A stretch of DNA of 64,000 bases. It comes from Candidatus Poribacteria bacterium. Lineage in GTDB: Bacteria > Poribacteria > WGA-4E > PCPOR2b. Below are positions 1-9,483 of this stretch, piece after piece. The notes beneath the pieces were generated by a model. That model was not told where the DNA came from. It saw nothing but the letters and a program-made list of their open reading frames with translations, and made no database searches. Each line of letters opens with the position of its first letter. The stretch's first letter is position 1. The translations under genes and the position numbers were made by a program. The stretch is taken from positions 3,808,001 to 3,872,000 of the forward strand of contig OZ220744.1 in the NCBI GenBank assembly GCA_965116925.1. Reading direction: 5' to 3'.

Positions 1-1169
1 TTGTTTCAACAGTGCCTGTTATAGACGACACACTTTATCGCTGGGATACACGCACAGTCGCCGCCGGTTTATACACGATTGAGTTAGTGGCACGGGATAC
101 GCCGAATGGTGATTACGATAGGGAACATCTTGCCACTATATCAGTCACGGTTGAAGTTGATAGACATCGTCCAGAGGTCGAGATTCTTTCTCCCGCTGAG
201 AACGAGCAGGTGTCACAGAGAATTGAGATTCGTGGCACCGCAGATGACCGGAATTTCAAGGAATATACCATTGAATACGGACCCGGAGAGTCTCCTGATA
301 CTTGGTTACCCATATCCAAACCGCCGACGTTTTCAACCCCTGTGACCCGCGATATATTAGCGTTATGGGACGCGCCGAATTTATCGGGGCTGCACACATT
401 ACGGTTAGTTGTGGAAGATACAGCGGGACATAGAGAAGTTGATCAAGTGCGTATATTCTTCAATCCGAGTGTAGATCGTGAAACTGGCGGCACGGTGGAA
501 AGCCATGACAATCGGGCAAAAATCACCTTTCCGCCGAACAGCTTGCCACGGACAACTGTCATAACAGTCAACCCGGTGACAGAAAAATCGTTGCTCCCTG
601 TTTCCCCTATACCGTTTCAGGCTTACGATTTTGCACCTGAGGATCTGCGGTTACACCAGTTGAAACCGGCAACCCTCCAATTTTCCGTTGAAGATGCAGC
701 ACTACTTTCAAGCTCTAAAAGAAAAGAAACCTTGACAATCACCCGCTGGGATGGCAAAACATGGCTCCCTATTGGTGGGACAATTAATGTACAGCGCGGG
801 ACAATCTCAACGGTGGTTTCGACGCTTGGACGATATGCCATCACCACAAGACCCGCTGTAGAAACGGAGGAAAATACGATTATCTCCAATCTAACCTGCC
901 AACCGCGGGTGTTCTCGCCCAGCCGGGAATCAACGTGGATCTCATTTCGATTAAATCGTCCTGATGATATAACAATTAAAATCTATAATGAAGCCGGACG
1001 CTTGAGACGGTCACTAAGAGAATCGGAACCCTTGTCAGATGGGGGACATGTTTTCGAGTGGGACGGACGCGATGATGAGAATCGGCGGGTGGTCAGTAAT
1101 TTTTATTTCGTCACCGTTGAGGGCGAGGGAGCGCTGGGGACAAAAGTTGTTGTGGTACAGAATGATTAG
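1..1169 (+). CDS. Ig-like repeat surface protein with C-terminal FlgD/T9SS-CTD-like domain (5' end probably outside window)
   Basis: Ig-like segments (WDTRTVAAGLYTIELVARD, PEVEILSPAENEQV); C-terminus QPRVFSP...IKIYNEAGRL...WDGRD...YFVTV is typical of FlgD_ig/T9SS C-terminal domains; frame open to the window edge. Confidence 0.75.
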   Translation, partial: VSTVPVIDDTLYRWDTRTVAAGLYTIELVARDTPNGDYDREHLATISVTVEVDRHRPEVEILSPAENEQVSQRIEIRGTADDRNFKEYTIEYGPGESPDTWLPISKPPTFSTPVTRDILALWDAPNLSGLHTLRLVVEDTAGHREVDQVRIFFNPSVDRETGGTVESHDNRAKITFPPNSLPRTTVITVNPVTEKSLLPVSPIPFQAYDFAPEDLRLHQLKPATLQFSVEDAALLSSSKRKETLTITRWDGKTWLPIGGTINVQRGTISTVVSTLGRYAITTRPAVETEENTIISNLTCQPRVFSPSRESTWISFRLNRPDDITIKIYNEAGRLRRSLRESEPLSDGGHVFEWDGRDDENRRVVSNFYFVTVEGEGALGTKVVVVQND

Positions 1170-1387
1170 GGGATGAAGCGTGAAACGTGAGTGACGGGAT
1201 TCTGGAAGCTGAAGCAAATGGCTAAAACGGTTAGAAATATGGTAAAATTATGAAATCAAAGTTGCCGGCTGTCAAAATTTTTCTTGTCACAGTGTAAATT
1301 TCTCGCCAGCGGGCACGTGGGGAATTTCTATTGTCATAGATTTTAGAATTTGCGTCTCGTTACCTAATTAAAGAATTTTCAGTCTCA

Positions 1388-3544
1388 ATGATATGGATTA
1401 CCGAAAGAGTCTTGACAAAACTGAGTACACTTCGCATGATATTTGGAGTGTGCTGCTGTCTTTCAGTGTTATTCGTGCTATGCGCTACAGATGCGATATA
1501 TGGTGCTGAGGAGCAGGCGACAACAGGTGCCCGTGCTATCGGTATGGGAGGGGCATTCATCGGTGTTGCGGACGACGAAAACGCTGTGCGTCGGAATCCC
1601 GCCGGACTGCCCCGTTTGGACAGATATGCTGTAGGGTTTGAACAGACGCCGTCCGGGTTGTTTGATGCGCTGCAAACAAGCTATCTCAGCGCAGTCTTGC
1701 CGACATCCGAGAAGATGGCACTGGGCGTTGATTGGCTGCAGGTTGGTATTGAAGATGAAGAGTTGAACTCAAATCGCGACAGTTTCAACTTTGCTTATAG
1801 TTATGCCCCTTTGTCTCAACTGTCCCTTGGGGCAAATCTGAAATACTTTACGTGGTCAATCGCACTAGATGACAGATCGAGGGGAGCAGCAACGGGTTGG
1901 GGCACGGATGTTGGTCTTCTGTACCAGCCCCATCGCCGCTGGAAGTTGGGGGTACTTGCACAAAATTTCATCGGTTTTGGATCCGGGGAAGGATTGAGTT
2001 ACGGCACTTGGATAAGACACGATTCAGATGTCAGAGAAAAAGTTTTCCCGACTGCATACAAATTTGGTATTGCGTATCATCCTATTTCAAATTGGTTAAT
2101 CTCCGCAGACCTAACAGACCGGTTGCAGCTCGGCACAGAATTTTTGCCGAATCGAAATTTTGCCATCCGTGCAGGATTCCAGAAAGATTTGTATACGTCC
2201 GAGTCACCGACTTATTCGCTGGGTGGTAGTATAAGATATAGATGGATGGATTTTAACGTCGCGTATCTCATCCCTCCGACGTTGCCACCAACTACCTATG
2301 TTGGGCTTTCGCTCAACTTCGATTTTCGGAAGTTGCCGGTGCTCATTGAGGAGGTTCGCATAAGAGATCTCTATCCAGTGCTTCGTCGCTATTATGCTAC
2401 ATCGAATCGAGATCTAGAGAAGGAGACTTTGGATAGTGCCACGCCGCTGGTAATTACAGAGGCGGATCGAGAGTATTACTATCCACTTGAGGAAGCCAAT
2501 CAGATCGGCAGGATTTGGCTCAAAAACGAGAGCAATAAAGAGATAACCGTTCATATTAAACTCTTTATTCCTGAATTTGTCAGCAAAAACGGCACAGAAG
2601 TTGCGTCTGTTATTGAGATGCAGCCGTTAGAGCGGGCTTCGGTGCCAATACAACAACTGGTGTTAACACCAAAAGCACTGAAATTGTCGCAAAATCAGCC
2701 TGTTGAGGCACAGATTCAAGTGATTGAGAGCGGGGGCTCCGCCTACCGAACTTTTCCTGTAACATTTTTGTTACACGATAATCATTCAATCCAGTTGGAT
2801 GATGTTGCGAAACTTGCTTGTTTCATTTCCTCGGAAAGTTCGGTGGCAGATTCGGCGATTGGTGCATTCATCAATCAGGTGCGTACCGCATTTCAGACGG
2901 AGATTGATATCGCGGATATGCCGGAGAACCTGTATGTTGCCATGTTGTTGTTTAATGTTCTGCACGGCGTATCGTATGCGCGGGATCCAAATATACCGCG
3001 GCAGAGGGGGACAATTGATGAGATTAAGCATCCCCATGAAATGTTGGAAAGTCTTATGGGGCAGCACTCAGGAGATGACGATAAATCTACCTTTGGTGAC
3101 TGTGATGACAGCACAGTCCTCTACTGCTCTCTACTTGAATCGGTCGGCATCGAAACAGCACTCATTCAGCTACCAAATCATGTGTTAATGGCGTTTAATC
3201 TGGGCAATATTTCTGTTAAACAAGCGCAAGAAATAGGCTTACCCAGCGATTACTACGAGACAGTCAACGGGCAGGCTTGGATTCCGATTGAGACAACTCT
3301 TATCAACGACGGTTTTGCCGCTGCATGGCAGGAAGGGTGTCAATCACTCCAAGCGGTGAATATCCGGGCTGAAACTGTTGAGGATGCATGGGAAAAATAT
3401 GGTGAGAGTCCCTTTACGGGAGAACCGATCCAGCTTTCTATTCCAAAAGACCTCACCCAAAAACGGATTGATGCGGACCTCGCCACTCCATGGCTGATGG
3501 AATTTTTGAACGCACTCTCCAACGTTAGTACATTAGTAGATTAG
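1388..3544 (+). CDS. PorV/PorQ (FadL-like) outer-membrane barrel fused to a C-terminal transglutaminase-like domain
   Basis: Signal-peptide-like N-terminus (start may be ATG 1436); GARAIGMGGAFIGVADDENAVRRNPAGL barrel plug motif; alternating beta-strands; C-terminal GDCDD...HV...WIPIETT. Confidence 0.75.
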   Translation: MIWITERVLTKLSTLRMIFGVCCCLSVLFVLCATDAIYGAEEQATTGARAIGMGGAFIGVADDENAVRRNPAGLPRLDRYAVGFEQTPSGLFDALQTSYLSAVLPTSEKMALGVDWLQVGIEDEELNSNRDSFNFAYSYAPLSQLSLGANLKYFTWSIALDDRSRGAATGWGTDVGLLYQPHRRWKLGVLAQNFIGFGSGEGLSYGTWIRHDSDVREKVFPTAYKFGIAYHPISNWLISADLTDRLQLGTEFLPNRNFAIRAGFQKDLYTSESPTYSLGGSIRYRWMDFNVAYLIPPTLPPTTYVGLSLNFDFRKLPVLIEEVRIRDLYPVLRRYYATSNRDLEKETLDSATPLVITEADREYYYPLEEANQIGRIWLKNESNKEITVHIKLFIPEFVSKNGTEVASVIEMQPLERASVPIQQLVLTPKALKLSQNQPVEAQIQVIESGGSAYRTFPVTFLLHDNHSIQLDDVAKLACFISSESSVADSAIGAFINQVRTAFQTEIDIADMPENLYVAMLLFNVLHGVSYARDPNIPRQRGTIDEIKHPHEMLESLMGQHSGDDDKSTFGDCDDSTVLYCSLLESVGIETALIQLPNHVLMAFNLGNISVKQAQEIGLPSDYYETVNGQAWIPIETTLINDGFAAAWQEGCQSLQAVNIRAETVEDAWEKYGESPFTGEPIQLSIPKDLTQKRIDADLATPWLMEFLNALSNVSTLVD

Positions 3545-3602
3545 TAGATTCATTCATGAATGAACCAATGAACCGAAATAAGTTACACTAGGAGGAAAAC
3601 CG

Positions 3603-4481
3603 ATGATAGTCCACAAAACCTTAACCGTTACAATCTGTTTACTCTGTATGATGCTGGCATACACCTCGTATGCTGAATTGGAAGAGTCAACAGCAACATT
3701 TACATTTGGTGAGATAGAAGTTCTAAAAACCGGCGAACAGGAGTGGCGTTTTCTGGAGAAAGGCATGGTCCTCGCTGCAGACGATTTGGTGCGAATGCCA
3801 CCCTTCTCGCTGATGCGATTAAAAATAGAGGAGGACACCCGCTTACCGACCCTGTCAGGTGGACGTGAGGTCCTTGTTCGGACGTTAATCAATGAAGGCC
3901 TTCAGCGTAGGGAAGCCCAAAAAGGGAGGCGGATCAATGAAGATTTTGATGAAGATCCCGCAACGGATGTGCTGCCCGTTGGCAATAAGCGAAAAACACG
4001 GAATCGCGCTTCGGATTTTGAGGGATTGCCTGCGGTGAAGGTAAGTCAAAATGAGCTAGAAACCCTTCGTCGCAAAATCGATCTGCTTCCCGATGAGATT
4101 GCATTGTTGGTCTCTCCTGTCGTCGTTGGCTCTGTCCGAGAAAATGTGGAAGATCCCGCGTATCCTGCGCCCAACCTGGACTTGGCTCGAAAAATCTACG
4201 GTATATTCAACAAAATTGAGGTGGAGGTATCACGTCGTCCTTTGTTGTATGCTCAACTGCTTCACCATGCTGGTCTCAATGCTGATCTTGACATCAATGA
4301 AAAAGGGCAGCTGTTCGTGGTTTTTGACAGTGAGGTCCTCTCCGACAACGCCAAACAGATTGCCGTAAATCAGCAGTTAATCCATGAGAGGCAGGGGGAA
4401 GATACGGTCTGGATTGCTGTGCAGATTCAATCATCTCAACAGAATTTCACGACAGCATGGTATCAAGGAAGCCAGCAGTAG
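3603..4481 (+). CDS. Exported protein: FecR-like N-terminal domain plus degenerate transglutaminase-like C-terminal domain
   Basis: AGGAGG RBS; signal peptide; TFTFGEIEVLKTGEQEWRFLEKGMVLAADDLVR resembles a FecR domain start; C-terminus aligns with the C-terminus of the upstream protein. Confidence 0.55.
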   Translation: MIVHKTLTVTICLLCMMLAYTSYAELEESTATFTFGEIEVLKTGEQEWRFLEKGMVLAADDLVRMPPFSLMRLKIEEDTRLPTLSGGREVLVRTLINEGLQRREAQKGRRINEDFDEDPATDVLPVGNKRKTRNRASDFEGLPAVKVSQNELETLRRKIDLLPDEIALLVSPVVVGSVRENVEDPAYPAPNLDLARKIYGIFNKIEVEVSRRPLLYAQLLHHAGLNADLDINEKGQLFVVFDSEVLSDNAKQIAVNQQLIHERQGEDTVWIAVQIQSSQQNFTTAWYQGSQQ

Positions 4482-4549
4482 AGGGAAAACAGGGGGATGA
4501 GCCCGTGAGCAGATGAGGTGATTGCACATTTTATACCTCACCAGACTTT

Positions 4550-6484
4550 ATGCTCTCAAAACTAGCGCAATCTCAGAAAGTATATCTCCTGATCGGCATC
4601 GTGAGCCTGCTGCCGTTCATAGTGGTTGGGTTTCTACGTGATCTGGGTACTTTTGAGTTTATTGAACTGAAGACGCTAGATAGCCGACTACGGTGGACTG
4701 TGCCTCCTTCGCCCCCAGTTTCCTCTCAAATTGCGCTGATTACGATTGATGCCAAAAGTGAAAAGGAACTTGGACTAGCACCAGCATGGCGCTCCCACAT
4801 TTACGCTGCGCTGATTCACTCGCTCCAGCAAGCCGACCCGAAAGCAATTGGCTTAATTGTGTGGTTCAACAGCGAGTGGGAGGATGAACAACGGATTCCC
4901 GGTAAAAAGCTATTTGTTATCCGCCCCTACCCTAAGCCAAAGCCCACGGGGGCACTGCCAGAAGTCACCGATTGGCGCACCTTACCCGACAACTTAGCGC
5001 AAGCGCAGGGTTGGGGTTTTAGTTATTTCCCGTTGAGCGATTCGGATGGTATCGCTCGTTCCGCCCAGCTTGTCGTCAAAGACCTTGCCACAGGGACTTA
5101 TCGTTACTCCTTCGCAATGTCGATCCTGTGTCAAGCCTATGGTGTTTTTCCCACATCTATAAAATTGCAGGAGGAATTTTGGGTTGGAAAATATCTTGAA
5201 TTCGACTCGCCGACGGGAGAGGTAGTCCGTGTTCCTGTTGACTCACAGGGACGATTGTTCATTCGATTTGTCGACGATGAGAAGGTGTTTCAGCCTGTTT
5301 CTTTTATTGATGCTCTATCAATGGCGGAAAATGAAACGAACCAATTTTTGCGCGAATTTAGCAATAAGTGCATATTGATTGGCATCACAACAGAAGGTGT
5401 CAATAAAAGGGCGACCCCAGTGGGCGAACTGTCAGCACTCGCTCTGCGGACAAATCTGCTCAACGGTCTGTTAAATCAAGATTTCGTTTGGCAACTCAGT
5501 CGAGGCGGCAATCGGCTCTATATTGTTTGTCTTGCGGTGCTTTCTGTCGCGGTAACAATGTTAATTTACCGAAGCGGACATAGCTACCGATCTATGCTAC
5601 TCTTCGGCAGCGGTCTGATACTATGTCATCTGCTTTTTGTCGGCGGGATGTTCGTTCTCTTTGACCTTTGGGTTGAAGTCACTGGATCAACCCTAGCATT
5701 GCTTCTTAGTAGTGGAATCAGTAGCTTACTCCTAGCGCATCTTCGGCTGCGGTATTTGCTTAGTCAGTTGCAAACGACGCAAGATCAGTTGGTCAGATCA
5801 GAAAAAGAGGCTGTGTTTGGTGTGATGTCGGCGCGTGTTCGGCATGAGTTGCGAAATGCGCTGAACCTAATCCGCGCTCCGGCGGAAATGATCCGGGTTA
5901 ATTTTCAAAAGCAAGACCCTCTCAAGCTGCGAGAACAACCCGCAGAGATTGTTAGTGAAATGGATCAGATTATTGGGTGGGTAACAAAGCTGGATGAAAT
6001 GATCGAAGATGAATTCAGCTTTTTCCAAGATTCCCACATGAATTTCGAGCGACAAGCAGTTGAACCCATCCTGAAGTCCGCGGTGGAGATGGTACAACCG
6101 GTGATTGATGAGAATCAGATCGAAGTTCGGATGAATCTGCCGCCGATAATTCCGCCACGGCGCCTCGATGATGATAAGATGCGGATTGTCTTTACAAACC
6201 TAATTAAAAATGCTTGTCAAGCGATGCCATCGGGAGGGACATTGGAAATTGTCGTAGAGGTGTCAATACTTCAGCAGGACAGAGTTACTGTCATCGTCAA
6301 GGACACAGGAGTGGGCATCCCTGCGGAGGAACTCTATCGAATTTTTGAACCTTTTTATACAACTAAACCACGTGGATTGGGCCTTGGTCTGGTGAATGTA
6401 AAGAACATCGTCGAAGCGCATGGCGGCACAGTACGGGTGGAGAGCGAAGTTGGTATAGGAACGACGTTTTTCGTTCGGTTGTAA
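4550..6484 (+). CDS. CHASE2-domain sensor histidine kinase
   Basis: N-terminal [23 protein letters not shown] and [13 protein letters not shown]2 motifs, 3 TMs, H-box RHELRNAL, N-box NLIKNA, G-boxes [20 protein letters not shown]. Confidence 0.9.
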   Translation: MLSKLAQSQKVYLLIGIVSLLPFIVVGFLRDLGTFEFIELKTLDSRLRWTVPPSPPVSSQIALITIDAKSEKELGLAPAWRSHIYAALIHSLQQADPKAIGLIVWFNSEWEDEQRIPGKKLFVIRPYPKPKPTGALPEVTDWRTLPDNLAQAQGWGFSYFPLSDSDGIARSAQLVVKDLATGTYRYSFAMSILCQAYGVFPTSIKLQEEFWVGKYLEFDSPTGEVVRVPVDSQGRLFIRFVDDEKVFQPVSFIDALSMAENETNQFLREFSNKCILIGITTEGVNKRATPVGELSALALRTNLLNGLLNQDFVWQLSRGGNRLYIVCLAVLSVAVTMLIYRSGHSYRSMLLFGSGLILCHLLFVGGMFVLFDLWVEVTGSTLALLLSSGISSLLLAHLRLRYLLSQLQTTQDQLVRSEKEAVFGVMSARVRHELRNALNLIRAPAEMIRVNFQKQDPLKLREQPAEIVSEMDQIIGWVTKLDEMIEDEFSFFQDSHMNFERQAVEPILKSAVEMVQPVIDENQIEVRMNLPPIIPPRRLDDDKMRIVFTNLIKNACQAMPSGGTLEIVVEVSILQQDRVTVIVKDTGVGIPAEELYRIFEPFYTTKPRGLGLGLVNVKNIVEAHGGTVRVESEVGIGTTFFVRL

Positions 6485-6533
6485 CCGATCTCTACCGTTT
6501 TCTCAGGCAATTACGCATTAACGGATACAAATC

Positions 6534-8009
6534 ATGAAACACGCACGAATTTTAATTGCAGACGACGAACAGGCGACCTGTAAATACATTGATGCACAAC
6601 TCAAGATGGAGACATCAATTGATGCCTCCGTTGATTTTGCTTATAATCGGGATGCGGCTATTGCACAGTTAGACGAAAATCCGTCTTATGACTTGATTCT
6701 GGTCGATCTCTGGATGCCGGACGCACAGGGAATTTTGGATAGAGAAGCAGGGCTAAAAGTTCTTAAGCAGAGCAAGAAACAACACCCGATACCGCAAGCC
6801 ATAGTTATTACTGCTAACAGTTCTTCGGAAACTGCACTTGAGGCAAGTGGATTGGGGATTTACGACTATGTCAGCAAGCCGATTAACTACACCCACCTAA
6901 TCGAAGTTGTCAAGGAGGTGTTGAGCCAGCGCGATCACGAGCCTCCTGCTCAAGATGACAATATAGGTTTTGCCGATGATTATGCCGATGATTATGAAAT
7001 TATTGGCAAGAGTCCTGCCATGATTGAAGTGATGACAACTGTCGGGCGAGTTGCGCGATCAGAAACAGATGTCTTACTCTATGGCGAAAGCGGCACTGGC
7101 AAGGATTTTGTCGCACGCGCCATCCATAAGCATAGCCCACGTTCTGGGGGTCCCTTTGAGGTTGTTAATTGCAGCGCAATTCCAGCAGAGTTAATTGAGG
7201 CAGAACTATTCGGCATCGGGAGACGGGTGGCGACATCGGTTGACCAACGTCCGGGCAAATTTCAGCAGGCACACGGTGGGACTATTTTTCTTGATGAGAT
7301 TGGCGATCTAAGTCTGGAGATGCAGCCGAAATTACTGCGTGTGTTGGATTATAAAGAGATTCAGGGCGTTGGGGTGAAAGTGCAGCGGGTTGATGTTCGG
7401 ATTATCGCTGCAACCAATCGTGACCTTGGGGCGGCGGTGCAAGCAGGAAAGTTTCGGAGTGATCTCTACTATCGTTTGAAGCCGATAATTGCTTTACCGC
7501 CATTGCGCGAGCGCGAAGGAGATATTGAATTGTTGGCGTGGCATTTTCTCCACAAATATTCTCACCTCCTCGAACAGAAGCGTACCTTTGGTTTTGACGA
7601 TGTGGTGCTCGCGGCATTTGAGCAGTATCATTGGCCGGGAAACGTGCGGGAATTGGAGAAAGCGATCGAATATGCAATCCTCACCTGCACGGGTCCACAG
7701 ATTTCCATACGCGATTTGGTGCCGGAAATCTTTGAGAACAGCGCTGAATCTACTCCTGAATTCCTTGATCAAGGAAGGGGTGAAAGGGACGAGAATGCAG
7801 ATGTGGGGGATGTAGGTTTTCGTAGCCTACTTGATGCTGCAACAATTAAGGAGGCTTCACAAGGATTTGAGCGAATTTTCTTGGAGCACAAACTCAAGCA
7901 AAATCACTGGAACATTCAAGCAACGGCGGAACAGATTGGTATTCGGCGGCAGTCGTTGCATCGTAAGATTAATGAATTGGGGTTGCAGCGAGATTTGAGT
8001 CGGACTTAA
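6534..8009 (+). CDS. NtrC-family sigma54-dependent response regulator (REC-AAA+-Fis HTH)
   Basis: REC (ADDE, DLWMP), Walker A GESGTGKD, Walker B FLDEIGD, WPGNVREL, C-terminal HTH; GAFTGA position reads RVATSV. Confidence 0.93.
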   Translation: MKHARILIADDEQATCKYIDAQLKMETSIDASVDFAYNRDAAIAQLDENPSYDLILVDLWMPDAQGILDREAGLKVLKQSKKQHPIPQAIVITANSSSETALEASGLGIYDYVSKPINYTHLIEVVKEVLSQRDHEPPAQDDNIGFADDYADDYEIIGKSPAMIEVMTTVGRVARSETDVLLYGESGTGKDFVARAIHKHSPRSGGPFEVVNCSAIPAELIEAELFGIGRRVATSVDQRPGKFQQAHGGTIFLDEIGDLSLEMQPKLLRVLDYKEIQGVGVKVQRVDVRIIAATNRDLGAAVQAGKFRSDLYYRLKPIIALPPLREREGDIELLAWHFLHKYSHLLEQKRTFGFDDVVLAAFEQYHWPGNVRELEKAIEYAILTCTGPQISIRDLVPEIFENSAESTPEFLDQGRGERDENADVGDVGFRSLLDAATIKEASQGFERIFLEHKLKQNHWNIQATAEQIGIRRQSLHRKINELGLQRDLSRT

Positions 8010-8019
8010 TGGGAATTTG

Positions 8020-8059
8020 TGTCGCTTTTGTGTTACATCGTCACATTCAGGTGACGATG
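8020..8059. promoter_or_regulatory. Tandem palindromic sites, candidate enhancer (UAS) for the NtrC-type activator
   Basis: TGTCGC-N6-GTTACA (8020-8037) next to perfect inverted repeat CATCGTCAC-N6-GTGACGATG (8036-8059), about 190-230 bp upstream of the predicted sigma54 start. Confidence 0.55.
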
Positions 8060-8222
8060 GCGCGAGGCATAAACCAGCTTGGAATTGCCAATCAAAATAC
8101 GATAATAAAAAAGTAGCGCACTTCAGTTGATAGCCGTCAATCTTGTCACCTTCCGCTTTCACGGTTAGCTTATTGCTGATTTCTCTTTTCTATTTTCTCC
8201 CAATTTCCATCTTGTCGCAATG

Positions 8223-8237
8223 TGGCACATATATTGC
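8223..8237 (+). promoter_or_regulatory. sigma54 (-24/-12) promoter
   Basis: TGGCAC-ATATA-TTGC matches TGGCAC-N5-TTGC exactly, directly downstream of a bEBP gene. Confidence 0.8.
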
Positions 8238-8294
8238 CTATAGTTAATGAGGCAGTTTACAGGCAAGCTAAAGACTCAAGTGTTGGGGGAAAGA

Positions 8295-9482
8295 ATGGTG
8301 CTGCAGACAAATGAAGTTATACCGCTAAAAGGTCCTACTAAAACGCCCGTTGACGATTTAACAATCCCGAAGCTGCGTTTTGTACCCACCGATGCACAAA
8401 TACAAGAGTCACCAGAAGAATTTCCAATTGACGCAGCCAATGATAACGCCAAAGCGTTTGAAACCCGTTATTCAGATCAAGAGGACGGTTTATTAAGGAC
8501 CTACCTTCACCAGATTGGTAAAATCCCACGTTTAACTCAAGAGGAAGAAACCAACCTGTTCATCAAGATTGAAAAGCGTCGGTTGCAATCTGATGAGCTC
8601 TATCAGGAGTTGGTCGCCTACCTGCCTGACCTTTCTCTGGACAACCAGCCATCTACTGCTATCCTGAACCGCAGAATTATAGCTGAATCCCTCCCACAGT
8701 CCACCGAAGAGTATCTTTTGGATTTGGTGCAACACATAAAGTTATACAATGCAGAGGCTGAGACTGCTAAGAACCACATTGTTGAAGCGAATTTAAGACT
8801 AGCAGTCTGCATCGCGAAAAAATATCGGGAGCGTGGACTTGATTTACTCGATCTGGTTCAAGAGGCGAGCATCGGACTTCTCCAGGCGGTTGATCACTTT
8901 GATTGGCAGCGTGGTGTCAAATTTGGAGCGTACGCTTCGTGGTGGATGCAGCAGGCAATTGGCTGTGGTATTGCTAATCATGGGCGGATGATTCGTCTGC
9001 CGGCGTATATCCTCGGTGAGATTCGGAAGGTGAATCGGGTGGAAGCACGCCTGCATCAGCAGACCAATCGCGAACCGAGCCGAAAAGAGGTCGCTGAGGC
9101 ATCGGGGCTCACTGTGGATCGGCTTCTGCTACTGGACCGACTAACCACTAATACCGTATCGCTGGAGACTTATAATAATTCGGGACAAGGTGGAATTGAG
9201 GATTTTGTCGCGTGTGAAAAGACCCCGAATCCGCTAGAGGAACTCACTCGGCAAAATTTGGTGGCGGAAGTGAAAGCAGCCTTGACCGAGCTACCGCCGC
9301 GCGAACAGCAAATCATTTCCCTAAGATATGGATTGGAAAATGGAAAGGAACACAGTTTACAGGAGATTGGTGCGTTCCTGAATCTCTCCAGAGAGCGGAT
9401 TCGACAGCTTGAGATGAGAGCCTTAAATCGACTACGTCACCCTGCTCGTTGCGAGCACTTCCGAGATTTTGAAGACGTCTAG
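8295..9482 (+). CDS. RpoD/RpoS-like sigma-70 factor (non-primary, group 2-like)
   Basis: Region 1.2 YLHQIGKIPRLTQEEE, 2.1 IVEANLRL, 2.2 DLVQEASIGL, 4.2 SRERIRQLE; start put at ATG 8295 (GGGGGA RBS) because ATG 8247 lies at the predicted sigma54 TSS. Confidence 0.9.
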   Translation: MVLQTNEVIPLKGPTKTPVDDLTIPKLRFVPTDAQIQESPEEFPIDAANDNAKAFETRYSDQEDGLLRTYLHQIGKIPRLTQEEETNLFIKIEKRRLQSDELYQELVAYLPDLSLDNQPSTAILNRRIIAESLPQSTEEYLLDLVQHIKLYNAEAETAKNHIVEANLRLAVCIAKKYRERGLDLLDLVQEASIGLLQAVDHFDWQRGVKFGAYASWWMQQAIGCGIANHGRMIRLPAYILGEIRKVNRVEARLHQQTNREPSRKEVAEASGLTVDRLLLLDRLTTNTVSLETYNNSGQGGIEDFVACEKTPNPLEELTRQNLVAEVKAALTELPPREQQIISLRYGLENGKEHSLQEIGAFLNLSRERIRQLEMRALNRLRHPARCEHFRDFEDV

Positions 9483-9483
9483 C

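Noticed and set aside
3549..3575. AATGAACCAATGAAC repeat, also inverted near 23772-23786
   Set aside because: Only two short low-complexity copies; too little to assign a function
8295..9482. Primary sigma factor rpoD
   Set aside because: Region 2.4 is divergent, there is no dnaG context, and it is preceded by a sigma54 promoter
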